This document shows positions 35,174-44,380 of a stretch of 64,000 nt of DNA, piece by piece. The stretch is from NCBI GenBank assembly GCA_035504395.1, contig DATJRX010000005.1, positions 3,334-67,333 on the forward strand. Direction: 5' to 3'. How positions within the stretch are numbered: the first letter of the stretch is position 1; each line of letters starts with the position of its first letter. Source of the stretch: Thermoplasmata archaeon (lineage in GTDB: Archaea > Thermoplasmatota > Thermoplasmata > Lutacidiplasmatales > UBA184). The notes under the pieces were generated by a model. It saw only the letters and a list, made by a program, of their open reading frames with translations, was not told the DNA's origin and ran no database searches. Both the position numbers and the translations under genes were made by a program.

Positions 35174-35878
35174 ATGTACGGGCGGGGCGAGGGAGGGACC
35201 TTCTCGATCGCGGCGTCGGACGTCGACGCGGGATTCTGGGGCGTCGCGGTCTCCACGATGCCGATCGCCGTCGGGGCGATCGTCCCTTGGGCCGAGTGGA
35301 AGGTCGGGGCCGTTGCGACCCAGGCCGACGCGAACTACTGGCTCGGTCCCCGCGGTCTCGAGCTGCTCCGGGCCGGGCGGTCCGCGGAGGCGACGCTCGC
35401 CCGGCTGCTCCGCGCGGACGCGCGACGGGCCCACCGACAGGTCGGCGTCGTCGACCGGAAGGGTCGGGCGGCGGCCTGGACGGGCGCGAAGTGCATGGAG
35501 AGCGCGACCCACGTCGTCGGCGACGGCTTCACCTGCCAGGGGAACATCGTCGCCAGCGACGAGGTCGTCCGCGCGATGGCCTCGGCGTTCGAGTCGAGCC
35601 GGGGCTCGCTCGCGGCCCGGATGATGAGGGCGCTCCGGGCCGGGGAGCGGAAGGGCGGCGACCGGCGCGGCATCCGATCGGCGGCGATCCTGATCGTGCA
35701 TCGGGAACCCTGGTTCCTGTCGTCGTGGGGGAACCACTGGATCGACCTTCGGGTCGACATGCACGCGCACCCGATCCGGGAGCTCGACCGGATTGTGCGA
35801 TACGACGAAGCGCAGACCGAGAAGTTCCTCCGGTCGAAGATGGCCCGCGACCTTCGTCGCAAGGCCGCGCGACGCTGA
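35174..35878 (+). CDS. DUF1028-family (Ntn-hydrolase-like) protein
   Basis: 234 aa. ATG confirmed at 35174. N-terminal TFSIAASD...GVAVST is typical of DUF1028. Confidence 0.6.
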   Translation: MYGRGEGGTFSIAASDVDAGFWGVAVSTMPIAVGAIVPWAEWKVGAVATQADANYWLGPRGLELLRAGRSAEATLARLLRADARRAHRQVGVVDRKGRAAAWTGAKCMESATHVVGDGFTCQGNIVASDEVVRAMASAFESSRGSLAARMMRALRAGERKGGDRRGIRSAAILIVHREPWFLSSWGNHWIDLRVDMHAHPIRELDRIVRYDEAQTEKFLRSKMARDLRRKAARR

Positions 35879-35897
35879 TGCCGAGCGCGGGGGCCGG

Positions 35898-36680
35898 CTA
35901 CGGCTTGCGGACCTGCCAGACCATCTCCGCGGGGAAGCGATGCGCCCACCGCTCGTCCCGCTCGGCGAGGTAGCGGGACCGGTCGCCGGGACGGGGTCGG
36001 GTCTCCGACAGGTGCTCGACGACGAGGCCGCTCGCGGCGAAGATCTCGATCCACTCGCCGGCCGACGGTCGGTACTCGAACATGTTCCCGACCTCCCGAC
36101 GCAGCGGGCCGAAGTAGGGGGTCCGCAGGCGACGGGAGAAGTGGTCCGCCCGGCGGTCGAGCGTGAGCAGGCTCAGCAGCGTCCCGGTCACGAAGACGAG
36201 GCGCCCTCCCCGGCGGAGCACCCGGGCGCACTCCGGGATGGAGCGCTCCGGATCGGAGAAGGAGAGCGCGCCCCAATCGCAGAAGGCGAGGTCGAAGTGG
36301 CCGTCGCGAAACGGAAGACGTTCGGCGTTCGCGCACACGAGCGGGACCCGGACCCGGGCCCCTCGGGCGAGTCGGTTCGCCTTGGAGAGCTGAGCGCCGG
36401 ACTGGTCGATCCCGACGACCCGCGCGCCCGCCCGGCGCAGCGCGATCGCCCATCGACCCGCACCGCAGCCGACCTCGAGGATGCGGCGGCCCCGAACGGG
36501 GCCGAGCCAACGGGCCCGGGACTCGGGGATCCTCCAGAGCCCCCACGCCCGCGCGTACGGCCCGCCGAGGATCGGTTCGAACCGCCGGTCGTAGGCGTCG
36601 CTCTGCCGGTCCCAGGCGTGGCGATTGTGGACCGCCGGCGGGAGGGTCGGCCGCGACGCGGAGCGGCGGGAGGTCGTCAT
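35898..36680 (-). CDS. class I SAM-dependent methyltransferase
   Basis: Motif I ILEVGCGAGRWAIAL and an acidic residue in VVGIDQS, then post-I LVCANAERLPFRDGHFDLAF. The internal M (MTTSRR) was taken as the start. Confidence 0.75.
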   Translation of the reverse strand: MTTSRRSASRPTLPPAVHNRHAWDRQSDAYDRRFEPILGGPYARAWGLWRIPESRARWLGPVRGRRILEVGCGAGRWAIALRRAGARVVGIDQSGAQLSKANRLARGARVRVPLVCANAERLPFRDGHFDLAFCDWGALSFSDPERSIPECARVLRRGGRLVFVTGTLLSLLTLDRRADHFSRRLRTPYFGPLRREVGNMFEYRPSAGEWIEIFAASGLVVEHLSETRPRPGDRSRYLAERDERWAHRFPAEMVWQVRKP

Positions 36681-36845
36681 CGGTCCGGTCGCCCGGCAAA
36701 GCGCCGATAAGTCGGTTGCGTCCCCCTCCGGCCCCGGAACTCTCCCACTGCGGAGGGATGCCGGCGGCATTCGGGAGCGATTCCGGGGGCTTCTCGGAAA
36801 ATCCGCATCCCCCGTCCGACCCTCGTCCTCCCAAGGAGGTGAACC

Positions 36846-37229
36846 ATGCGTCGAAGCAACGCGCTGATGCTCGGCGCGGCGGTCCTGGGCGGGCTTCTGG
36901 TCCTTTCGGTCGTCGCGTTCGGGGTGCTCAGCACGGCGTCGGCCTTCCCGGCAACGGGGAGCGACTCGGCGGTCGCGTCGAGCTCCGGCTCCAACAACAC
37001 GACGAACGGCACCGCGCTCCCGCCCCCGTGCCCGGGTCCGGGCCTGCCGCCGCCGCCGAACCCAGTCGGGAATGCCACGGGCAACGCCACCGCGGCCGGG
37101 AACGGTACGGGTCTTCCGCCGCCGCCCTGCGGCGGACCCCGCGGACCGCCGCCGATCGGGTCGGGCGGCTGCCCCAACATGACGGCCGTGTCGAACTCGA
37201 CCACCAGCGGGGACGGAACGGAGGACTGA
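36846..37229 (+). CDS. small secreted Pro/Gly/Asn-rich protein with signal peptide
   Basis: Strong SD GGAGGTGA 6 nt upstream. A hydrophobic signal, then NxT-rich and PPPP segments containing 4 Cys. Confidence 0.55.
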   Translation: MRRSNALMLGAAVLGGLLVLSVVAFGVLSTASAFPATGSDSAVASSSGSNNTTNGTALPPPCPGPGLPPPPNPVGNATGNATAAGNGTGLPPPPCGGPRGPPPIGSGGCPNMTAVSNSTTSGDGTED

Positions 37230-37283
37230 CGTCCCCCTTCGCCCCCCCGCCGGACGCCCAACCCTTTCCCCCGCGCGCGCCGG

Positions 37284-37715
37284 CTATTCCAGGCTCAGGT
37301 AGAGGAATACCGCGAACGCGACGGCCTCGAAGAACCCGCCGAGCAGGAAGAAGAAGCCGAGGTTTCCCGGGGCGTACCCGAGCGCGCCGAAGACCGCGGG
37401 GGATGCGACCACGGTCTCGAAGAAGAGGGCGAACAGGACGACCAACAGTCCGAGCGCGAATCGGGCGTGCGTCTCCGAGTAGGTGCGGACGTACACTCCG
37501 ATGAGGGCCACGACCAGGACCAGGTCGAGCCCGGACACGAACAACGGCGCCCGGTAGGGAACGGCAGGCGCCGGTCCGGGGTGCGGCCCCGGGGGCGACG
37601 CCGGCGCCGGTCCGAGCGCCGCGAGGGCCACTCCCGCGAGGAGCCCGATCGCGAGGACGACCAGCACCCAGACCCAGGGAGGGATCCGGGGCCCGGCCGG
37701 TGGGGCCTCGCTCAT
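37284..37715 (-). CDS. integral membrane protein (4 TM)
   Basis: 143 aa, four hydrophobic helices. Its start overlaps the stop of the upstream ArsR-like gene (ATGA). Confidence 0.55.
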   Translation of the reverse strand: MSEAPPAGPRIPPWVWVLVVLAIGLLAGVALAALGPAPASPPGPHPGPAPAVPYRAPLFVSGLDLVLVVALIGVYVRTYSETHARFALGLLVVLFALFFETVVASPAVFGALGYAPGNLGFFFLLGGFFEAVAFAVFLYLSLE

Positions 37716-38116
37716 CGCGGTCTCCTCGGCGACCGGTGGCGGTCAAGGATCGTCTCGAGCTCGCTCCACCGCGCTTCGGCGGACGGCGCAAGCGAGTACA
37801 CCTGGCCATAGTGCTCGCCGGTCGAGTCGATGAGTCCGTTCTCGCGCAGGACCTTGAGGTGGTGTCGGATCGTCGTGTAGTCGAGGGCCAGTTCGGTGGC
37901 GAGCTGCTGCGCGTTCCTCGGCTCGGCCCGGAGCGTCGTTACGATCCGCCCCCGGGTGGCCGCACCGGCGCTGCTGGCGAAGAGCCACCACAGCACGCGG
38001 GAGAAGCTGTCCACGTTGGCCGGACGGAGGGCCGCGCCCGCATTAGCGTTCGCCGCGGGCGGGCGCGCCCCGGGCCCGGCCCGCCCGCGTGCGAGGGACG
38101 GCGGTCGGACGGTCAC
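37712..38116 (-). CDS. ArsR/winged-helix transcriptional regulator
   Basis: RIVTTLRAEPRNAQQLATELALDYTTIRHHLKVLRENGLI is an ArsR-type HTH. Co-oriented and overlapping with the membrane-protein gene. Confidence 0.65.
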   Translation of the reverse strand: MTVRPPSLARGRAGPGARPPAANANAGAALRPANVDSFSRVLWWLFASSAGAATRGRIVTTLRAEPRNAQQLATELALDYTTIRHHLKVLRENGLIDSTGEHYGQVYSLAPSAEARWSELETILDRHRSPRRPR

Positions 38117-38190
38117 CGATCGGAAGGAGGCCGACGTTCCTTTTGGGAATCCTCCGAGATCGTTCCCAAATCTCCGTCCCCTGGCCCGTC

Positions 38191-38940
38191 CTACTCATCC
38201 GACGGGCCGAAACCGGTCCGGTCGATGCGCTGGAGGATGCCCGCGAGCACGGTCCGGTGCTCGAACGGCACGCCGTGCCGTGCGAAGAACCGCTCGAGAA
38301 GCTCAAGCGAGCGGGCCAGGGTCCGGTGGGCGTCCTCGAGGCGCTGCAGCGGGTCCCCGCCCAGCCGGTCGACCCTCAGCCCCCGGCCAAGGTCGATGAT
38401 CCACGGGTGTCCCCGGTGGACCAGCACGTTGAACGGACTGAGGTCCGTGTGCACGATCCCCCCGGCGGCGAGGGTATCGATCGCGTCGAGCAGCTCCCGG
38501 GCGATCCGCGCGGGATCGTCGAGCGGGGCTCGGCGCAGCTGCGGCGCGGGCCCGTCCTCGGTGCCCAGAAACTCCATGGAGAACGCGTTCGCCTCGCGCC
38601 GGATCGGTTCGGGGACCGGCGCGCGGTACGCCCACGCGTACCCGAGGAGGTTGAACTCGCGCATCGCGAGCTGTCCCATCCCGTCGGCCTTGACCGCCCC
38701 GCGAGACCGATTCGAGGTCCGGTAGAGTCGATACGCCTTCGCCGCGACCAGCCGTGCACCGTCGCGTGCGAGAAAGACGTCGGCCTCCTTGCCGGCGCCG
38801 ATCGGGCGCAGGACCTCGGTCACGAGTCCGGCATCGAGCAGGCCGGCGGCCACCTCGGCGACGCGGGGCTCGCGGGTCTCGAGCTGGCCCGTCGAGACCT
38901 TCCAGCGTACGCTGGCGTCGAGGTACGGCGTGTTGGGCAT
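38191..38940 (-). CDS. RIO-type atypical serine protein kinase
   Basis: Catalytic loop IVHTDLSPFNVLV and metal-binding IIDLGRG. N-terminal lysine region GAGKEADVF...VAAKAY. Confidence 0.75.
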   Translation of the reverse strand: MPNTPYLDASVRWKVSTGQLETREPRVAEVAAGLLDAGLVTEVLRPIGAGKEADVFLARDGARLVAAKAYRLYRTSNRSRGAVKADGMGQLAMREFNLLGYAWAYRAPVPEPIRREANAFSMEFLGTEDGPAPQLRRAPLDDPARIARELLDAIDTLAAGGIVHTDLSPFNVLVHRGHPWIIDLGRGLRVDRLGGDPLQRLEDAHRTLARSLELLERFFARHGVPFEHRTVLAGILQRIDRTGFGPSDE

Positions 38941-39134
38941 CCGGTGCTTCGGTGGTGTTCCGCAGGGGTTCGTTCTCTCGGCGGCGCTCCCGCGCCGGCA
39001 GCCGAGCGATTACCCGGTTCCCGGCGCGTCGCGGAGTTCGATCTCGACCTGCATTTCCGGGAACCTCCTGGCCCAAGGCCGAACGCACCGAGAGCCCTAC
39101 TCGAGGTAAACCTTGCGGCCGATGGGAGAGCCGC

Positions 39135-39509
39135 TCAGAAGAACTCGATCCAGTTATTGTCGGGGTCGAGCACGTAGTAGACCCCCCGCACCCCGTGGGC
39201 GTCTTCGGGGGCGAGGGCCGGGCGCGCGCCGCCCCGCAGCAGGCGTCGGTAGGCCGCCCGCGGATTCGTCACATGGAACCCGATGTGGTCGAGGCCATCT
39301 CCGGGAGCGAACGGGGTCGCGAAGGGGTGGTCCGGCGGGTACCAGTTCAACTCGAGCCGCTGGCGGGTCCGCGGATCCTCGAGCAGGACCCAGTATCCCC
39401 CGTGATGCATCCGGCCCCGTCGCGCTTCCTTGAGCCCGAGGAGCTCCGAGTAGAACCGAACCGAACGCCCGAGGTCCGTGACCCGAATGCCGACGTATCG
39501 AAGTCCCAT
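39135..39509 (-). CDS. VOC-family protein (glyoxalase-like)
   Basis: YVGIRVTDLGRSVRFYSELLGL ... HIGFHV ... DPDNNWIEF. Confidence 0.75.
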   Translation of the reverse strand: MGLRYVGIRVTDLGRSVRFYSELLGLKEARRGRMHHGGYWVLLEDPRTRQRLELNWYPPDHPFATPFAPGDGLDHIGFHVTNPRAAYRRLLRGGARPALAPEDAHGVRGVYYVLDPDNNWIEFF

Positions 39510-39757
39510 GTAGATTCCGCCGATCGGGAGGGATCCGGCTCAGCCGAACCCGCGGGCCGCGCGCGTCCGAGGGCCGCTCCCCCTCGCCGTCCGGGAGGGG
39601 GCCGGGAGGCCCGATTTCGATCGCGCGGTCGGCCGGCGGCCCAACGTCATGAGACGTTCCGCCCCTCGCAGTGGATCCCATCGGATGAACCCGGGGGCGT
39701 GGGCCCGAACGCCCTTGGGACCACCGAACCCCGGCGGCCGCTCGAACCGCAAGGGAG

Positions 39758-40375
39758 ATGACCCGCCTGCGGTCTCGCGCCGACGTGTCGGCCCAGTTCT
39801 GCTCCGGCTGCGGCGCGCCGGTCTCCCCGGGATCCCAGTTCTGCGCCTACTGCGGCCAGGCGGTCGCCTCGGGACCGGGAGGGGCCGCCGGGGGCGTGCC
39901 GCTCCCACCCGCCGGACCGACACCGCCGCCCTATCCCGCCGCGCCGGGGATGGGGATGCCAGCCCCGCGCGGGCGGCCGCGTCGATGGCTCGTGGTCGCG
40001 GTGGTCGTGATCCTGGTGATCGCGGTCGTCGGCGTCCTGCTCTACTACGAGGCGAACCAGGACAACGTCGACGTGAACGTCTTCATCGTCTGGGCGCCGG
40101 ACAATGTCTGCGGCCTGAACGAGCCGGACAACCTGCTGGCCTACAGCGGGCTCAACGATACCCCGGGGAACACCGATTACATCCAGTTCCCCGTGCCGAA
40201 CTACAACGCCACCGCGTGCTCGCTCGAATCGGTCTCGACGAACACGAGCGGGTTCACCGCGGTCCCCTCGAGCCTCCCGGTGGTCGTGCCGGTGAACGGC
40301 ACGGGCATTCTCAACCTGAACCTCACACTGCCCGGCAGCCCATGGTCGGGCGACGTGAACCTGGTCTTCGGTTGA
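39758..40375 (+). CDS. zinc-ribbon membrane protein with N-glycosylation-sequon-rich extracellular domain
   Basis: N-terminal CSGCG...CAYCG ribbon, a Pro-rich linker, a TM helix (WLVVAVVVILVIAVVGVLLYY), then an NxS/T-rich domain. Confidence 0.6.
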   Translation: MTRLRSRADVSAQFCSGCGAPVSPGSQFCAYCGQAVASGPGGAAGGVPLPPAGPTPPPYPAAPGMGMPAPRGRPRRWLVVAVVVILVIAVVGVLLYYEANQDNVDVNVFIVWAPDNVCGLNEPDNLLAYSGLNDTPGNTDYIQFPVPNYNATACSLESVSTNTSGFTAVPSSLPVVVPVNGTGILNLNLTLPGSPWSGDVNLVFG

Positions 40376-40472
40376 CCCGGACCCCCGGGCGGGGTCCGGA
40401 CCGCTCCCCTCGGGCGCCGCGAGCCCCCGCGCGAGGCTATCTCCCGTCCGGACTCTCGGCCCTCGGGACCGC

Positions 40473-41546
40473 GTGACCGGAACGACGGCCGACGCCCGCT
40501 CCTTCTTCGCCGACCTCGCGCGATTCCGCTTCGACCGGCTCGACCTGCCCCTCGGGGTCGGCGGCGCGATCCTCATCGTCGGGCCGCTCCTCGTCTCCAA
40601 CGCCCTCCACCTGGGGTCGCCGGCGGTCATCGCGACGTTCGGACTGCTCAACCTCTTCCTGGTGATTCTGCCCCGACCCCAGAGGTCCCGGGCTAAGATC
40701 GCGGCCCTCGCGGTCGGTACGAACGCCCTCGGGTTCGGAGTCGGGAGCCTCATCGTGCTCCTGCCGGATCCGCTCGAGGTCGCGGTCGTGGCCATCGCGA
40801 CCACCGTCGCGTTGGTCGCGGGGCGCGATCCGCGGTGGGAGAATCTGGGAACCTTCTCGGTGATCCTGATGGTCGTCGGCGTCGGGATCCCGTCGGCGGG
40901 ACTCCCCGGCGTCCCGTTCCGGATGTTCTACGTCCTGGTGGGCGGGGCCATCGCCTGGGCCGGTTGGATGGTCCTGGTCCGCTGGCTCCCGCCGCTGGTG
41001 ACACGGGACCCGCCGCCGGCGCCCCCCGACCTCACGACGCGCGTGCCCGTCCGCAGCGAGCTCCCGTACGCCGCGGTCACGGGGATCACGGCCGCGGTCG
41101 GCCTCGCGATCGGGCTCGGACTCGGCCTCGAGCGCGACTACTGGGTGATGCTCACGGTCGTGGTCGCGCTGCGGATGCAGCTGAGCGCGACGATCACCAC
41201 GTCGACGGCGCGGGTCCTCGGGACGGTGATCGGCGCGGGCCTGGGATCGGTGCTGACCCTGGTCGTCACAGATCCGTGGGTCCTCGCCACCGTCCTCGGC
41301 ATCAGCGCCGCCCTCACGCTGGCGACCCGGACGGTCAACGGAACGTTCTACGTGGTGTGGGTCACGCTGTTCATCGTGGGGCTGCTCAACCTGCTCTACT
41401 CGGGCGGCCCGGCCTACGCGTACATCCGCGTGCTGGACACGCTGATCGGGGGAGCGCTCGCGCTCACCGCGGCCCTCGTCGTGACCCAGGTCGTTCCCGC
41501 GGTGCGGTCGCGGCTCGCGCCGAGGCGGCTCGCTCCACGGACGTAA
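40473..41546 (+). CDS. FUSC-family (fusaric acid resistance/ArAE-like) integral membrane protein
   Basis: Multi-helix hydrophobic protein with the central YWVMLTVVVALRMQLSATITTS...RVLGTVIGAGLG pattern typical of FUSC/ArAE. Confidence 0.6.
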   Translation: MTGTTADARSFFADLARFRFDRLDLPLGVGGAILIVGPLLVSNALHLGSPAVIATFGLLNLFLVILPRPQRSRAKIAALAVGTNALGFGVGSLIVLLPDPLEVAVVAIATTVALVAGRDPRWENLGTFSVILMVVGVGIPSAGLPGVPFRMFYVLVGGAIAWAGWMVLVRWLPPLVTRDPPPAPPDLTTRVPVRSELPYAAVTGITAAVGLAIGLGLGLERDYWVMLTVVVALRMQLSATITTSTARVLGTVIGAGLGSVLTLVVTDPWVLATVLGISAALTLATRTVNGTFYVVWVTLFIVGLLNLLYSGGPAYAYIRVLDTLIGGALALTAALVVTQVVPAVRSRLAPRRLAPRT

Positions 41547-41583
41547 TGTTATGAACCCGGCCCCGGTCGGAGGGGCGATCGTA

Positions 41584-42051
41584 ATGGCGAGCGCGACCCC
41601 GACCCCGAACGACAACCCCGAGGCCGAGGTCCAGGAGGACCTGATGCGCCTCGATGCGTACCGCAATCAGCTCAACGCGATGCTCCAGCAGTTCCAGATC
41701 CTCTCCGCGTCGCGCACGGAGCATGCTCGGGCCCGCGAGAGCCTCGAGGGGATCGACCGCGCGGACCCGGCGACCGAGATGCTGCTGCCGCTCGGTGGCG
41801 AAGCCTACGTGCGGGGCGCGATCGCGCGCGACGTGCCCGTGCTCATCGGCATGGGGTCGGGCGTCGTGGTCGAGATGGAGCGCGCCAAGGTCACCGAGCT
41901 CCTCGCCGAGCGGCTCGTTCGGATCGACCAGGCGCTCCGGGAGACCGAGGGTCAGATGGCCGCCCTCGACGAACGGATCCAGATCCTCTCCCGCCGCCTC
42001 GACGACCTCGCCCGGGCGGCCTCGACGGGGCCGGATGTGGGCCGCGTTTAA
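41584..42051 (+). CDS. pfdA: prefoldin alpha subunit
   Basis: Coiled-coil/beta-hairpin/coiled-coil layout (LDAYRNQLNAMLQQFQIL ... LLPLGGEAYVRGAI ... VEMERAKVTELLAERL...LDERIQIL). Sits immediately upstream of ftsY as in many archaea. Start at M12 of the ORF. Confidence 0.75.
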   Translation: MASATPTPNDNPEAEVQEDLMRLDAYRNQLNAMLQQFQILSASRTEHARARESLEGIDRADPATEMLLPLGGEAYVRGAIARDVPVLIGMGSGVVVEMERAKVTELLAERLVRIDQALRETEGQMAALDERIQILSRRLDDLARAASTGPDVGRV

Positions 42052-43135
42052 GGCGCGGCTCCGCCGCCGCGAAGAGCCCGAAGCCCCGGGAACTCCCGCG
42101 TCGAAGGCCTCGCCGCCGGCGTCCTCGGCCGCCCCCCCGGGCGTTCCCTCGGCGGCGCGATCCTCGCCTCCGGCGGCCCCGGCGTCGGGCCCGACGGGCA
42201 AGGCGCCCTCGATCACCCGCGCCGCGGTGCGAAGCGCCGCGGACGATTCCTCGATGTTCACGGACGGGTTCCTCGGCCACCGGCTCACCGAAGGGACGGT
42301 CGACGAGGTGCTCGACGACCTCGAGATCGCGCTCCTGCAGTCCGATGTGGCCCTGCCCGTCGTGGAGCGGCTCCGGCGGGACCTGCGGAAGGAGCTCGCC
42401 GGTCGGAAGCTCCGCTTCGGGGTGGACGCGGAGGCCGCGATCAAGACGTGCCTCGAGCGGTCGACGCGCGCGATGCTGGCCCGCCCGACCTTCGACCTCG
42501 CCGCCGCGATCCGGGCCCACCAGCCGAAGCCGTACGTGATCCTCTTCGTCGGGGTCAACGGCACGGGCAAGACCACCACGGTCGCGAAGTTCGCGGGCTG
42601 GCTCCGCCGGCAGGGCCTCACGAGCGTCATCGCCGCCGGCGATACGTTCCGGGCCGGCGCGATCGAGCAGCTCCTCGTGCACGGGGAACGGCTCGGGATC
42701 CGGGTGGTCCGCCAGCAGGAAGGGAGCGATCCCGCGGCGGTCGCGTTCGATGCGGTCGAGCACGCGAAGGCGAAGCACTTGGACGTGGTGCTCGTCGACA
42801 CGGCGGGGCGCCAGCACACGAACGAGAACTTGATCGACGAGGCGAAGAAGATCCGTCGGGTGGCCCAGCCCGCCCTGACGCTGTTCGTCGGGGACGCGCT
42901 GAGCGGGAACGATCTCCTCGAGCAGGCGCGGCTGTTCGACCAGGCCCTGGGCCTCGACGGCCTGGTCCTCAACAAGCTCGACGCGGACACCAAGGGCGGA
43001 GGGGCCCTCAGCGTCACGTACGTGACGAAGAAGCCGATCCTGTTCGTCGGGGTCGGACAGGGGTACGAGGACTTCCGTGCGTTCGACCCCGACTGGATGG
43101 TCGGTCGCCTCTTCGCGGAGGGGACCGCCGCGTGA
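42035..43135 (+). CDS. ftsY: signal recognition particle receptor FtsY
   Basis: SRP-GTPase motifs: GVNGTGKTTT (G1), DTFRAGA (G2), DTAGR (G3), LNKLD (G4). Begins MWAAFKARL; coordinate taken from the ORF-track frame. Confidence 0.9.
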   Translation: MWAAFKARLRRREEPEAPGTPASKASPPASSAAPPGVPSAARSSPPAAPASGPTGKAPSITRAAVRSAADDSSMFTDGFLGHRLTEGTVDEVLDDLEIALLQSDVALPVVERLRRDLRKELAGRKLRFGVDAEAAIKTCLERSTRAMLARPTFDLAAAIRAHQPKPYVILFVGVNGTGKTTTVAKFAGWLRRQGLTSVIAAGDTFRAGAIEQLLVHGERLGIRVVRQQEGSDPAAVAFDAVEHAKAKHLDVVLVDTAGRQHTNENLIDEAKKIRRVAQPALTLFVGDALSGNDLLEQARLFDQALGLDGLVLNKLDADTKGGGALSVTYVTKKPILFVGVGQGYEDFRAFDPDWMVGRLFAEGTAA

Positions 43136-43899
43136 CGGCGCGGATCGACGTCGTCCTCGTCCGGCCGAAGGAGGACGGCAACGTCGGCGCCGTGGCCCGG
43201 CTCGCCCGGAACTTCGGGGCCACCCGCCTGGCGTTGGTCGCCCCGCGCGCGACCCTGGGTCCCGAGGCGCGCCGGCGCGCCATGGCCGGGCTCCCGTTCC
43301 TCGAGGCCGCTCGGCGGTTCCCGACGGTCGCCAAGGCGACCGCGGACGCGGACCTGGTGATCGGCACCACGGACCTGTCGACCGGACGGTCGACCGCCTA
43401 CCTTCGGCGGTCCGTGAGCCCGGAGCGCCTCGGCGAGATGCTGCTCCCGGTCGAGGGGCGGATCGCCCTCCTGTTCGGCCCCGAGGACAACGGCCTCTCG
43501 CGGGACGAGCTCAACGCCTGTGACCTGCTGGTCCACATTCCGGCCCGGCGGGAGTTCCCGACCCTGAACCTGTCGCACGCGGTCGCCATTCTCCTGTACG
43601 CGATCCACCGCGCGAAGGGGGAGGCCGACCCGGAGACGACCCCCGCCCCGCTCCCGATCGCCCTCAACGGGACCGAGAAGGAGCTGTTCCTCGCCCGCGG
43701 GGGGGAGCTGTTGCGGCGGATCGGCTACCCGGCCCACAAACGGAGGGGTTTAATCCTCCTCCTTCGTCGCCTTCTGGGCCGGTCTACGCCGTCCGAGGCG
43801 GAGTACCGGATGATGCTCGGGCTGTTTCGCAGCCTCGCGCACACGATGGACCGGGAAGTACATGTCCGAAGGGAACGGCAACGGCGGCGGCACGGGTGA
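43132..43899 (+). CDS. SpoU/TrmH-family RNA 2'-O-methyltransferase (SPOUT)
   Basis: The GTG start overlaps the ftsY stop (GTGA). N-terminal IDVVLVRPKEDGNVGAVARLARNFG and C-terminal LLFGPEDNGLS...LNLSHAVAILLYA are SPOUT motifs. Confidence 0.75.
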   Translation: MTARIDVVLVRPKEDGNVGAVARLARNFGATRLALVAPRATLGPEARRRAMAGLPFLEAARRFPTVAKATADADLVIGTTDLSTGRSTAYLRRSVSPERLGEMLLPVEGRIALLFGPEDNGLSRDELNACDLLVHIPARREFPTLNLSHAVAILLYAIHRAKGEADPETTPAPLPIALNGTEKELFLARGGELLRRIGYPAHKRRGLILLLRRLLGRSTPSEAEYRMMLGLFRSLAHTMDREVHVRRERQRRRHG

Positions 43900-44302
43900 C
43901 TGGCTACGGGCCCGCGGCATCGGGCGGGAGCGGTTCGCCGGGTACCTCGCCGACTACCTGACCACGCTCGGCTACGCGGTCGAGCGGGTCGACTCGACCG
44001 AGCCGTCGCAGAGCCGCGTCACCGGCAAGCTCGAGCGGATGAACCCGGCGGTCCCCCCGGTGGCAGCGGATCTGGCCTTCCGCCTGTATCCGACGAGCGG
44101 GGGCGCGGCGCTCGTCTGGGTCGCCCCGACCGAGATCCCGGCGGACCAGCGCGCGCGGATGGACCGGCTCGTCGCCGAGATCTCGAGCCACCTCGTCCGG
44201 GCGGTCGCGACCGAGAGCCATGCGACCGCCAAGGTCACCGCCCCGTCCGACTCCCGCCTGCCGTGGCAGGGGAACGGGACCGCGACGACGGCGAAGCCGT
44301 AG
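43862..44302 (+). CDS. hypothetical protein
   Basis: 146-aa ORF with no recognisable motif. Overlaps the upstream gene by about 38 nt. Confidence 0.4.
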   Translation: MSEGNGNGGGTGDWLRARGIGRERFAGYLADYLTTLGYAVERVDSTEPSQSRVTGKLERMNPAVPPVAADLAFRLYPTSGGAALVWVAPTEIPADQRARMDRLVAEISSHLVRAVATESHATAKVTAPSDSRLPWQGNGTATTAKP

Positions 44303-44345
44303 CGCGAGGCCGGGACGCCTTCTCGGCGAGCGCCGACCCTCACGC

Positions 44346-44352
44346 TTATAAT
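44346..44352 (+). promoter_or_regulatory. TATA box (TTATAAT) about 29 nt upstream of rpl15e ATG; leaderless-type promoter
   Basis: Only AT-rich heptamer in the GC-rich intergenic region, at the canonical archaeal -26/-30 distance from the start codon. Confidence 0.5.
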
Positions 44353-44380
44353 CCGGACCCGGGTCGGGGCCCCGCTTTCC

